DNA of 64,000 nucleotides from the human T2T-CHM13v2.0 reference genome, Homo sapiens. Shown in pieces: positions 26,795-39,548 of this stretch. The notes beneath the pieces were generated by a model. It worked only from the letters and a program-made list of their open reading frames with translations. It ran no database searches and had not been told where the DNA came from. The translations under genes and the position numbers were made by a program. The stretch lies in assembly GCF_009914755.1 (NCBI RefSeq), contig NC_060925.1, one strand, 5' to 3'. The number at the start of each line of letters is the position of its first letter. Within the stretch, counting starts at the first letter, position 1.

Positions 26795-27575
26795 TAGCAT
26801 CTAATAATACTAAGCATTATTGTTTATTTAGCACACACTGTGTATCAGGGGCTATATTAAATATTTGATTTTTACCACTATAAAGAAAGTAATTTTACGG
26901 CAGGCAAAAATTTACCTCTACTCTTTTAGGTTCTTTTTATTTAATGGATAGTCCTGAGTATTAAAATGTCTTAAGACAAATCAGTAAGAGAAAGGCAAAC
27001 AAATTTGCTTAAAACAAGTTTTACCAGCCCATGAACCTTCATAAGGAAATGAAGACCAAAAGAAACAATTACAATTGAATACTTATATGCTGAATTGCAC
27101 AGAGTAGTAAACTGTGAAAATGTGACAAGGAGAAAGGGCTCGGGCAAAGGTACTAACTGGGTGCAGGAGTAGCTAGGAAGATAAGGGTTAGTAAACAGCT
27201 TTGTTTGTACAGATTTTCCTTGCTCTCAACTTCTCATTCATGATGACACAAATGGCGCTTTCCTTCCCGTATAGGTAAGACTGCTTTCACATGGGAATTT
27301 TATTTCCTGCTTTTAAGAAACAAAAGGAAGTTCAGGGTAATCTTGCATCTACTGTTTTTCAAGAGACTTAAACTCAAAGTAGTCAATATGCCAAAGTGGT
27401 ATATTTTGGCATGACTTGTTCTTAACTCCTCATAATGTTATCTCCCATTATCAGATAATAAAATTGAAGCTGAGAAAATAATTTACATAAAGCCATGCTG
27501 TGACTAATGGCAATCAAATATAAAATATTTTATTTCACTGGCTTCAAAGTCTATGATCCTTCCATTATAATCCAT
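26795..27575 (-). mobile_element. MIR split by an LTR insertion (26795-26893 and 27433-27575)
   Basis: tttatttagcacacactgtgtatcagggg before the LTR and ttatctcccattatcagataataaaattgaagctgagaaa...ggcttcaaagtctatgatc after it. Confidence 0.6.
26894..27432 (-). mobile_element. MER34/MER39-like ERV1 solo LTR
   Basis: Ends aatatgccaaagtggtatattttggcatgacttgttcttaactcctca (reverse complement of MER34-group 5' end); perfect 4-bp TSD taat (26890-26893 / 27433-27436). Confidence 0.75.
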
Positions 27576-29317
27576 GGCCTTTGCGACAACAGGTAATTAC
27601 AGAAATGGACTGTTTATCCGCATTTTCACCTCCATTTCTTATCTATGACAATATAAATTCAAGCCAAGAGTGAACTTTAAGGGGTGAATGGAAGGGTCAT
27701 TCTTTTGGATCATTAGTTTGTATTTTTTTGTACAGCAGGAAAACGGTAACCTTTGTCTTGGGGTATAATAAAATCATTAAATGCAGTCATGAAAACATAA
27801 TCAATGGTACTCTTGTGACTCTTGGTCATTGTCTACTAGCCAGATCATAACCCCGGTCTGTAGATATGAAACTAATTCAACTCTCTGACAAGGCACTAAT
27901 GGGAAGCGATTGCAAAATACTCCTTAAGGACTGAAAGACCTGAAAGTAGATTGCCCTGGAACGTTTTTGCGTTGGAACAGACAATTCCTTCACTAATTAA
28001 CTTCACTCTCCCTAAATATCATGGGTTTCTAGCTACCATTTGCAACTACTGTTATTCTCTGCAGTCCTTTCAGTATTTCTATGACCAAACTCTGCTCCAA
28101 TGTTTTCCTCTTGAGCTTTTCACAACTTACCCAAGAGGTAACGACATACTTCTTTAAGCACATGAGAATACACAGGTCCCCAAAATCAGTTTACAAGTTG
28201 TCTTGTTTTGGCTGAGTCTGGGACAGAAGCATTCCTACTAATGCATGATGGTCATATTTGGGGTCACATCAATCCCCAGATAATCCAGAAACCCTTGATT
28301 TAACTTAATAGCACTTTTTGTCTCACCACCTCCCTGACATAGTTTCTGCACTCATATATTTCAACTTGCTTTCTACTTACTAGTTTTCCCTTAGGTTGGC
28401 TTTTTACAATTAGTTCTTTCTCACTGTTTTGCAGTTGTATGTATAAAACAAATCTAATATAGTTGTTTCAAGTAAAAGACAGTCATAGTAAAAGGAAAAC
28501 CAACTGTTGAAAATATAGGTACTTGAATGATCAAATTTTAAAGAAAAATACCCAGTATAATACAAAGTTTATCAATAAACTTTTTTTTTATATACAAGCA
28601 CAGTATTTACCTAACAGAGTTAGGTAAATTACGTAACTTATAAAAATCTCCATATCTAAAATAAGGCTTTAAAATAGATAATGTTATTATATCCATGATT
28701 ATTTCAACAATTATGTCAATTATCTAAACTAGCAGCCACATATTGGCATCCTTAAGTCAAGAAACCACAGGCATTGTGTAGACAATAATAACCTTTCAAG
28801 AACCCCTTGGTTTGAAGAAAATCTTTTGTTATTGTTTATGAAAATCAATGGCAACATCAGCAAGTGGTGTTTTCAAGATCAAGATACTTCATTCTTAAAG
28901 TTCTTGTTCTCTTTAACTTCCATTTTCTGAATCAATTTACTGGCAGCAAATATTTTTCATCAAATCACTCAGTCAGCCACCATCAGATGCGGCAATTACA
29001 GCATCCTCCGTTAAGAAACATAGTTTATCTTATTACAACTATCAAGCATATCAATTATTAAGTATATACTGTTTTATTCTAATTGTTTGTTATTGAAATA
29101 GTTGGAATTTAAAAAATTATTAAAATTGTCTGATTTTGAAAGTAACACAAGTGCCAGGTCAAAACAGAAAATGTATATATGTATAAAATAAATTTAAAAT
29201 ATCTGTTTTCATAAGAGCCAGTTTTAGCATTTTCATGCATTTCTTCCTGGGCATATTTTAATAGATATTTAAATAAAATTTTCTTTCTAACTCCAACAGT
29301 TAAAAATTCAAAATAAT

Positions 29318-29629
29318 GGCCGGGTGCGGTGGCTCACGTCTGTAATCCCAGCACATTGGGAGGCGGAGGTAGGCGGATCACAAGGTCAGGAGATCAAGAC
29401 CATCCTGGCTAACATGGTGAAACCCCGTCTCTACTAAAAACACAAAAAATTAGCTGGCGTGGTGGCAGGCGCCTGTAGTCTCAGCTACTGGGGAGGCTGA
29501 GGCAGGAGAATGGTGTGAACCCTGGAGGCGGAGCTTGCAGTGAGCCAAGATCCTGCCATTGCACTCCAGCCTAGGTGACAGAGCAAGACTCTGTCTCAAA
29601 CAAACAAAAAACAAAACAAAACAAAACAA
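29318..29629 (+). mobile_element. AluY, full length
   Basis: Y diagnostics (gagatcaagaccatcctggctaac, gaatggtgtgaacc, gagcttgcag); perfect 16-bp TSD aaaaattcaaaataat. Confidence 0.97.
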
Positions 29630-29914
29630 AAAAATTCAAAATAATATATTAAATGTTAATCTAATTTTGTAAAAATAAAAAAGTATGTGTTAACAACTAC
29701 TATCCTCTTCCTTTGCAATGACAGTCTTATAATCTATAGAAAGGAAAAAAATGTAATGTGACGAATTTGGGAGCATTTTTAACGTTTAACTTTGAGTCTT
29801 CATGCTGTTGACAGTTAAGAAGAAACTTTATCCAAGTATTGTAATCAAAGTGTCTGTAAATGGAGAAGTGGGCCAAGATAAATGATGAGGTTGTAAGAAA
29901 ATGAAAGCATTCAG

Positions 29915-30135
29915 TTCAGCATAATAGGTAAAAGCATGAGCCTTAAAGCTGAGCTGCAAATTTAGTTTCACTTTCTACTCAAGGAAGCATAATGGCTAAA
30001 CTGTTTGGCATCTCTGAGCCTCAGTTTCCTCATAGTAAAATGGGAATTATAATAGGACCTAACTAAATACAATTTTATGAGATTCAAGAGTTAATTTATG
30101 TATTTACTCAATGAATGCTAGTCCATATTATTTTT
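29915..30135 (+). mobile_element. MIR
   Basis: ctctgagcctcagtttcctcatagtaaaatgggaattataataggacct is the MIR core. Confidence 0.8.
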
Positions 30136-30387
30136 ATTATATTTGAATGCTTTAGAATAAGTTTTTTATTCAAAATTAATAAATCAGGCAGTTTTTCTGA
30201 CAGCTTGCCATTCCAATTGGTTGGAAAGCTAGAAATGTTTAAAACTGAAAAAGAAAAACAGACCTAATAAAAACTTCTATAAATCATGATAGAGTTTTAT
30301 TCTTAGATTTCTATTTATTAAGAGTTTTTATATTTTTAGGGAGAGGGACTGCTGTATTTCAATATCATAAGGCATTCTGCATCATAT

Positions 30388-31886
30388 TGAGAGGTGACAG
30401 CATGCTGGCAGCCCTCACTCGCTCTGGGCGCCTCCTCAGCCTTGGCGCCCACTCTGGCCATGCTTGAGGAGAGCTTCAGCCCGCCGCTGCACCGTGGGAG
30501 CCCCTTTCTGGGCTGACCAAGGCCGGAGCCGGCTGCCTCAGCTTGCAGGGAGGTGTGGAGGGAGAGGCGCAGGAGGGAAACGGGGCTGCACAGGGCGCTC
30601 GCGGGCCAGCACGAGTTCTGGGTGGGTGTGGGCTCTGGGGGCCCGCACTCGGAAGCGGCTGGCCAGCAGGGCCCCACGCAGTGAGGGGCTTAGCACCTGG
30701 GCCAGCAGCTGCTGTGCTCCATTTCTCGCCAGGCCTTAGCTGCCTCCCCGCGGGGCAGGGCTTGGGACTCGCAGCCCGTCGTGCCTGAGCCTGAGCCTTT
30801 GCCGCCCACCCCCTCCTGTGTGGCCTGAGCCTCCCCGACGAGCACGGCCCCCTGCTCCACAGCACCCAGTCCCATCGACCACCCAAGGGCTGAGGAATGC
30901 AGGCGCATGGCACAGGACTGGCAGGCAGCTCCACCTGCAGCCCCAGTAAGGGATCCACTGGGTGAAGCCAGCTGGGCTCCTGAGTCTGGTGGGGACTTGG
31001 AGAATCTTTATGTCTAGCTAAGGGATTGTAAATACACCAATCAGCACTCTGTATCTAGCTCAAGGTTTGTAAACACACCAATCAGCACCCTGTGTCTAGC
31101 TCAGGGTTTGTCAGTGCACCAACTGGCACTCTGTATCTAGTTAATCTGGTGGGGACTTGGAGAATCTTTATGTCTAGCTAAGGGATTGTAAACACACCAA
31201 TCAGCACCCTGTGTCTAGCTCAGGGTTTGTGAATGCACCAATCGGCACTCTGTATCTAGTTAGTCTGGTGGGGACTTAGAGAATCTTTATGTCTAGCTAA
31301 GGGATTGTGAATGCACCAATTGGCACTCTGTGTCTAGCTCAGGGTTTGTAAATAAACCAAACGACACTCTGTATCTAGCTAATCTAGTGGGGACATGGAG
31401 AACTTTTGTGTCTAGCTCAGGGATTGTAAACACACCTATCAGTGCGCTGTCAAAATGGACCAATCAGCTCTCTGTAAAACAGACCAATCAGCTCTCTGTA
31501 AAATGCACCAATCAGCAGGATATGGGTGGGTCCAGATAAGAGAATAAAAGCAGGCTGCCAGAGCCAGCGGTGGCAACCCACTGGGGTCCCTTTTTACACT
31601 GTGGAAGGTTTGTTCTTTCGCTCTTTGCAATAAATCTTGCTACTGCTTACTCTTTGGGTCCACACTGCCCTTATGAGCTGTAACACTCACCACGAAGGAC
31701 TGCAGCTTCACTCCTGAGCCAGCGAGGCCATGAACCCACCAGAAGGAAGAAACTCCGAACACATCTGAACATTAGAAGGAACAAACTCCAGCCACGCCAC
31801 CTTTAAGAACTATAGCACTCACCGCAAGGGTCTGCGGCTTCATTCTTGAAGTCAGTGAGACCAAGAACCCACCAATTCCGGACACA
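30388..31886 (+). mobile_element. LTR12 (C/D/E-type; HERV9/ERV9) solo LTR, full length
   Basis: tgagaggtgacagc...ccaagaacccaccaattccggacaca termini; CpG-rich U3; tandem tctagct/ccaat repeats; 4-bp flanks atat/atag. Confidence 0.97.
30985..31634 (+). promoter_or_regulatory. LTR12 U3 enhancer/promoter: CCAAT array, GATA, AATAAA TATA-equivalent, poly(A) signal
   Basis: CCAAT at 31037, 31078, 31197, 31238, 31316, 31460, 31484, 31508; AGATAA 31534; AATAAA 31543 and 31629; architecture known for ERV9 LTRs, activity not shown. Confidence 0.7.
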
Positions 31887-33501
31887 ATAGCATATGTCAA
31901 ATTAGTAATTTAAACGTGTTGAGTATTATGTGTCTAAAAATTATTTTTAGGTTTTAAATGGTATATTTATTTTTAACTAAGAATAAACAACCAGGAAATT
32001 TTAAATATACTAAGATTTGATAAATTTTATATAGTTCATAATACAGTATTTTCCATTATATCTATTTAAAATAGGTTACAAATTGTTTAACAACAAATTC
32101 CTATTTTTATTTACTTTAAAGTTAGAAATATTGGCAATCATCTTGTCAATTTGCTTTCTGTGAATAAAACTGTTATCATCATACTTATTTTCTCTGTTTT
32201 GATAGTTTTAATGGCACCCACCTTAAAACTAATTTTAAGTAAAAATGAGTGAGAGTTTCCTCTTAGATCTTTATAAGATCACTTTGACCACCACACTGCT
32301 GCAAATATTATAACATTTATTTTGGCTCTACCGAACAATGAAATAGATTCATGAATACAAATCAGTTATTTAATGCTTGCTTAACAGGTAGTAAATACAT
32401 ATATATATTTATATATTAGTTTGCAAACTTCAAGTCCATAACTTATTACATTTTTCATATAATCCCATCTCTATTTACATAATCACAGTTTAGTCATTTA
32501 TTTTGTTTGTACATTACCTAATCACATGTTTATGAAGGAAAGCTATTCAACCATTTCAAATTTGTTTTTTTCTTCACAGGATACAAAATGCAATATCAGA
32601 TTGATTATTATGGTAAGCATTATAGCCACAGTCAGTGTCCCAGGCTCGTCCAATCAACACTTGCTTTTATAACTTCACAGAATATGATGATATTATTATT
32701 ATTATTAATGTGTGTGCAGAACCCTGTGCTAGGAATGGTATATTTTCAGCAGACTCTGTTATTGATTAATTTATTTCTCTTTGTAACTTATTTTCTTCTC
32801 CTATCTAATTCTATTTTTGCTTACATCTGTGCTTATTATCTCTAGGCATAACATTTAACAAAACGTAGCATCTATTTTCTAGCATAAATACTGGACAAAT
32901 GAGTTTCTATTTGCATTTCAAAAGGAAAAAATGCAGTAAGATAGAAACCCACTTTATTAGGAATGTTTTAATTTATTCTTTATCAAAAAGACCTCTTTTC
33001 CTAATATCCCAAAAGGCCTTGGTGCTTGTTAGTAAAAACTATACCCTTTTCATTTAGAGTACGCACCATCTTAAGTTTCATAAATTCATGAATACTTTTA
33101 CAACAATGAAATATCATTTCTTCCCTTAATTTTAAAGTCAAAATAAAATTGTATCCTGAATGAAAACAAATCAAGACAATCAGATTAACCTTAGTTTGCT
33201 TTCAAACCATAGTTTTAATTGTTTAAACTTTTCTATTACTGAAAATGACTGTGAGATACCTGTGTTATTTTTATACAAAATGCATCAGCTTAAGTGAGGT
33301 TTCAGAAAACTTAGCATAATATATATATATATATATAAAACCATTATATTACTGATGTCCATTAAGTTTATGTGAACTCTCAAATGGGTTAAAAATATGG
33401 GGAAGAGAATCCAGGCTCAAACAGGAAACAATAACAGGAAGTAAGGTCATGATGGTCAAATATGTTTTTCAAATTCAAGGTCAGTATTTAATAAAATGGT
33501 T

Positions 33502-33780
33502 GAGAGGCCGAGGCAGGCGGATCGCGAGGTCAGCAGATGGAGACCATCTTGGCTAACACGGTGAAACCCCGTCTCTACTAAAAATACAAAGAAATTAGGT
33601 GGACACAGTGGCAAGTGCCTGTAGTCCCAGCTACTCAGGAGGCTGAGGCAGGAGAATGGTGTGAACCCAGGAGGCGGAGCTTGCAGTGAGCCCAGACCGA
33701 GCCACTGCATTCCAGCCTGGGCCGTTAACAGAGAGAGACTCCGTCTCAAAAAAATAAAAAAAATAAAAAATAAAATAAAA
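33502..33780 (+). mobile_element. 5'-truncated AluY
   Basis: Begins at gagaggccgaggc (about 40 nt into consensus); Y diagnostics; TSD aataaaatggttgaga / aataaaatgggatgaga. Confidence 0.93.
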
Positions 33781-34934
33781 TGGGATGAGACATCCCTATG
33801 GCATCATAGGATAATCATAAATTTCCTAATATATCTTTATCACTTATCAAATGGAATTTTAAAATGCATCTAGAATTCCAATTGTAGGAGACTACATCAT
33901 TGGTCTCCTGCCACTAAAAGGCCCGCTGTATATTAAGAAATCCTAATTACTAATCCATAAACTACACCTTAAGTTTTTTTCATAACAGTATTTCTTAAGA
34001 CACTGTCAGTGCAATCCATTAAAATTCAACTCAGATGTAGCATCCGCCATGATCATTTACCTGCTCTTGGCAGGGGCATGATGATTTCAACCTTCCTTGT
34101 CTTAAAATATTTGATTTGTATAACTCACAAGGTAACCATAAGTCAATGCTTTGTTGGACTGATACTTGTACATGTGTATGGATAGATTCTTCTACTACTA
34201 TAGTCTAAAATAGGAGACTAAATACCAAGCAGGTATATATAAGTCATCCTCACTCACAGCACAGATTTCAGTGCCCTAAATATAATACATTCTCAGCAAA
34301 TATCTTTAAGCTTAATAGATTTTTAACTGCACCATAATCCTAAACTACCAAATCAGAAAATATGTACTTTGAAGATTGTAGTTGAAAGGAAGATATTTAC
34401 ACAAATGTTTCCAGAGGATAGTTATGTTCTAGTCATTTTCCTTCTCCACATGCAAGTCACTCTAAAGAAAAAATTTAGTGCCCTGCTGTTTTTTTCAGTC
34501 TTTTATAAATCTTTCCTAATTTAAGAATTTGATAATCAGTTCTATCCTGATTTAAGAATTAGATAATCCAGGCTTCATATCAGTCTGATTTCAATATCAT
34601 TCTGACAAATGTGAAAAAATTTGAACAATAAAACATAAAGCTTTTCAGTATTCAAACTTAAGGGAGTTGTACTCTTAAGGAGAAAAAGTAAACACCAATC
34701 CCTTTCCAGATTAGAAGCTATATATGGAATCAGAAAGGAAAAGAAATGGCATGGGAGTCAAAAGGTCTTGGATTTAGGAATCTGTAATAATTTAGAAATG
34801 AATTTAAAAGTTGGAGATACTCTATCCATAGCTATAAAATAAAGAAATTAGATTATGATTGGCCAAACCCATTGACAGTTTCAATGTCTACAAGTCAATA
34901 TATAAGATGTTCAAGTTTCTTTTGGCAAGTGCCT

Positions 34935-35040
34935 AACTTCATGAGGGGAGAAACTATAATTGACTTGTTCATTTTTATGTTGGACAGAGTGCCTTACAAA
35001 TGATAAGTGCTTGATAAATGTGTTGCGAGCAAATGAGTCA
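34935..35040 (+). mobile_element. L2 3' end fragment
   Basis: catgaggggagaaac...acagagtgccttaca...gtgcttgataaatgtgttg...aaatgagt. Confidence 0.55.
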
Positions 35041-35455
35041 ACAGAATATGAATTAACAATATAGTGCTCCTGCAACAGAAAACTAATAGTGCTAAGATGA
35101 TATAAAACTCTATGTCTTAAAGGACGATTCCTCTATTCCGTGTTCTCCATTTTTACCATAACAGTGCATCCATTTCGGATTTTGAAATGATATAGTGAAA
35201 ATAAATATCAAAGGAGACAATTGGGAAAATTCTGGTTTGTATTAAAACCACATTTTAAATTGTTTATGCTTTCATATTTTTGGAGATCAAATAATGAAAA
35301 ATACAAGTGAGCCAAAAATGCATGCTGAACAAATTGGAAAAATAAATAAATGACAATGTTTAACGTTTTTATTTCATTGTATTCTCTTACAAATAGCTAC
35401 ATTTAAAGCAAACTTGAAATCTATCATCAAGTTTACATTCAAAACACTCTGGTTT

Positions 35456-35738
35456 GGCAGGGCGCAGTGGCTTACACTTGTAATCCCAGCACTTTGGGAG
35501 GCTGAGGCGGGTGGATCACCTGAGGTTAGGAGTTCGAGACTAGCCTGGCCAACTTGGCAAAACCCCATCTCTACTAAAAATACAAAAGTTAGCCAAGCAT
35601 GGTGGCGGACTCCTATAATCCCAGCTACTCGGGCGGCTGAGGGAGAAGAATCACCTGAACCTAGGAGGCGAAGGTTGCAGTGAGCTGAGATGACTCCACT
35701 GCACTCTCCAGCCTGGGTGACAGAGCGAAATGCTGTCA

Positions 35739-35771
<33 letters not shown>
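35456..35771 (+). mobile_element. AluSx/Sz with tail replaced by (CA)15
   Basis: ggatcacctgaggttaggagttcgag; (CA)n at 35741-35771 where the A tail should be. Confidence 0.95.
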
Positions 35772-35776
<5 letters not shown>

Positions 35777-35844
35777 ACAGTTTCTAAAACACAAAGTTAA
35801 AAGGACATTATGTACTTAGCAACTTTGAGCTTTGGAATGAGTTT

Positions 35845-36378
35845 TGTATTCTTTCATAGGATAGTCAGTCAGGTACATTCATAGAGAGGCTCAATAAAAA
35901 AGCAAAATGTATTATACTCAGGTTCTAGAGACAGGAAGTAAGACATGCCACACAGGGCCACATGGTTAAGACTCCAGGATGGTCATGAGGCAGAAGACAG
36001 GAATGAGGGGAAGAGTTGGGCCACTAGCTTACTAAGATTTCCAACATAAAGGCAAGACAGGGAAGGGTGAACAATTTAGGATTCGCTAATTTGAATAATT
36101 TTGGTGGTACTGGTTTATAGGAATGGTACTTAGTTCCCTGGTTCCTGACTCTGAGATAATTATGGCAGAGGAATACTGCATAAAGAGGTATTCTGGCCAG
36201 ATAAAGCAGGCATGGCTCTGGATTGATTAGTTTGCTATCAAAGAGAAGCTCCAGGCTGGGCCCTTTGTTGTCTTTTAAAAATTGGTTAGTCCAGGGCAGG
36301 ACAGTCTCTCTCCAGCCAGAAAAATGTAAGATGGCAAAATGGCATAATACACAGAAAATAAAAAAAATTTACAATGTA
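35845..36378 (-). mobile_element. MER74-like ERVL LTR
   Basis: cagggccacatgg...gaggcagaagacagga...tttaggattcgctaatttgaataattt...ggctctggattgattagtttgc...cagtctctctccagccagaaa...cagaaaataaaaaa. Confidence 0.75.
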
Positions 36379-36716
36379 GTCAGTAATTGTTTTTAAGTGC
36401 TTGATTTATCTATTGAAGTGTCATAGTAGTTGCTTGTTAACTTGCTTGAGTCATTGAAGATGTTTGGTTAGCCCAAAATCATTACTAGTCTATATTAAGA
36501 AACAATTTATAAGTGAGACAATGTAGATATGAAGAACCACAGATCTCTGCTAAATGAGACAGATACAATTGATCACTATTACAACAGGCATTTTAATAAG
36601 GTATTACCACTCATTTGTTGCATAGACAAGATGCCTTCTAATTAAAGTGCTCATATATTGAGAAAATGGAATAGATGTTAATTAAACAGAATAAAGAAGT
36701 ATCATATAATACAATC

Positions 36717-37010
36717 TTTTTTTTTTTTTTTTGAGATAGAGTCTCGCTCTGTCACCTAGCCTGGAGTGCAGTGGCGCAATCTAAGCTCAATGCAACCTCT
36801 GCCCCCAGGATCAAGTGATTCTCCTGCCTCAGCCTCCTGAGTAGCTGGGATTATAGGCATGCGACCCACACGTGGCTAATTTTTGTATTTTTAGTAGAAA
36901 CGGGGTTTCACCATGTTGGTCAGGATTGTCTGGAACTCTTGACTTTGTGATCCCCCCACCTTGGCTTCCCAAAGTGCTGGGATTATAGGTGTGAGCCACC
37001 ACGTCTGGCC
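36717..37010 (-). mobile_element. AluSg/Sc-like
   Basis: Antisense Alu; TSD aatacaatc at 36708-36716 and 37011-37019. Confidence 0.96.
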
Positions 37011-37099
37011 AATACAATCCTTTTTAAAAATTATATTTAGGGATAAGATTTTATTTTTCTGTAGATTTCAATGATATCCCAGAAAAATCCTAATGGCAT

Positions 37100-37491
37100 T
37101 TTTTAAAATTATACTTTAAGTTTTAGGGTGCATGTGAACAATGTGCAGGTTTGTTACATATGTATACATGTGCCATGTTGGTGTGCTGCACCCATTAACT
37201 CGTCATTTAACATTAGGTATATCTCCTAATGCTATCCCTCCCCCCTCCCCCCACCCCACAACATAGCTACATAGTATTCCATGGTGTATATATGCCACGT
37301 AATCCAATCTATCATTGTTGGACCTCTGGTTTGGTTCCAAGTCTTTGCTATTGTTAATAGTGCTACATTAAACATATACGTGCATGTGTCTTTATAGCAG
37401 TATGATTTATAATCCTTTGGGTATATACCCAGTAATGGGATTGCTGGGTCAAATCGTATTTCTAGTTCTAGATCCCTGAGGAATCACCACA
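37100..37491 (-). mobile_element. L1PA3/4-like 3' end with an internal deletion of about 174 bp
   Basis: ttatactttaagttttagggt... young L1 3'UTR; jumps from ccccacaaca to tagctacatagtattcc relative to the copy at 18939-19735. Confidence 0.93.
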
Positions 37492-37556
37492 AGATTAACT
37501 TTGTAAAATTTTTTTGTTTGTCTGTATTCACAAAAGTACTTGAATTTTTTTTTTTA

Positions 37557-37898
<342 letters not shown>

Positions 37899-39305
37899 CT
37901 ATTAATACTTTGTTTGGAAACAGCTTGTTCTTTGTAACTCATGTTTATGGTCTCTATCTTAAATAGAAAAATTAGTTTGGCATTCAATTAGTTTCAAATA
38001 GTATAATAACCAATAATTGAAAAGTTAAAAGAGATTAATGAGTGTTAAAGATAATACAAATTCTTGTTTTTTTTTTTACTTTTAAAATATTGCTTTAAAT
38101 CTTTTATTTTTGATTGTTCCGAGTAACCATGGGAACGCACTTTAGTTTCATTCTAGTTAGAATATAATATGGCATACTTGATACAGATGTGATGATATTG
38201 GTCAACTTTTTGGGGATGAGGGCTATACATTTTGGGATGACTACTGTTTATAGTTCTTATCTGTTGTTAAAAAAATTACCCCAGAGATACAATTTGATAA
38301 ATTAAGATATCCTGTATTTATTCAAATGGCATAAAAAGCAAAACAGTATAGTTCATAATATAATAACATGTAGAAAAAATTATTTTCACATTTTACTATC
38401 TGTCTCTCAGGGCATGATCTTAGAATATGAAGAATTTTCAAGTAGTTTAGGTATCATCACAGTGTAAATACAACACATTAAAGAAACCCCCAACTCTTTT
38501 TGGACCTTTATTGTTCACTTTATTGGAATTAATTTTGCCTACATTTGAGGTAATCTCTACAGATATAAGTCTGAGAAATTAATACACAAACAAATATCTT
38601 TAGTAAGTGTTATTAAATCACAATGCCTGTTTGGCAGAAGGAAAAATAAATTAAAATATGGAAAATAAAATGAAAAAATACTATTCAAAATGTCTTCAAG
38701 AAATGTTTAGTAATAAAGGGCTCCACAAACCATAATGTTTCAAATAAAATTTTAGGTTAAAAATGGTCTTGATTTTCTGAGACTATGTGTCCTTGTCTAT
38801 GACCAAGTTGAAGGACTCTTTTCCTGGAGGGCTGACAAATGCTCCAGAGATAGTGAATAGCATACTATTTTAGGCAGAAGGAAATACATTCTTTTAGAGT
38901 TAGGATTTAAACCTTTGTTTTTCTCCCCAAAAGGTCTTTGTAAAATATGCATAGTATCTTACCGTATTATTTTATGCACATGTATTATGAATGCCCAAAT
39001 TCTTAAACATAAGAATCTTCTTTTGCACTTCAATGCATATAGACAAAAATATATATAATAAAATGCATGAAGCATGAAATAATTTTCTATATTTAGAGTG
39101 TTGAAAGAATTCCATTGTTCAATATAATAAAAGCATTTTCTCTCAGAGTACAGAATATTACTGCAATAATTGTTTGTCATTCAAGTATGAACTGACTTGC
39201 ACAATTAGTATCAGACGTACAAGATAATATATTTAGCATTTAATTTACTAACAGTTACTTTTATAGTGACCCATATACTGCTCCTGCTCTACTTATTTCT
39301 CCATT

Positions 39306-39372
39306 TCCTCCTCCACCTCCTCCTCCTCCTCTTGCTCTTCTCCTCCTCCTTCTCCTCCTTGTCTTCTTCTTT
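39306..39372. repeat. (CCT/TCT)n polypyrimidine tract
   Basis: Imperfect trinucleotide run seen directly, abutting an antisense L1M 3' end. Confidence 0.85.
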
Positions 39373-39548
39373 ATCAACTTAGTATAGATAAAATTTGCAT
39401 AACGATCACATACAAAAATAGTAAGATTCAATAGTACAGTTTAATTCATTTTTACCAAATGTATATATGGTTGTCAGCAACACCAAAACACTGCTAAGAA
39501 CTTTTGAGTTGCTATGAAACTGCCAAACTCTCATGGAAAGATGGTTTA

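Noticed and set aside
30336-30958. Overlapping GC-rich ORFs and a CpG-island-like stretch
   Set aside because: These lie almost entirely within LTR12 U3; stop codons are rare because of GC content.
30985-31512. Regular repeat array with conserved tctagct motifs
   Set aside because: This is the normal tandem U3 structure of LTR12, not a new array.
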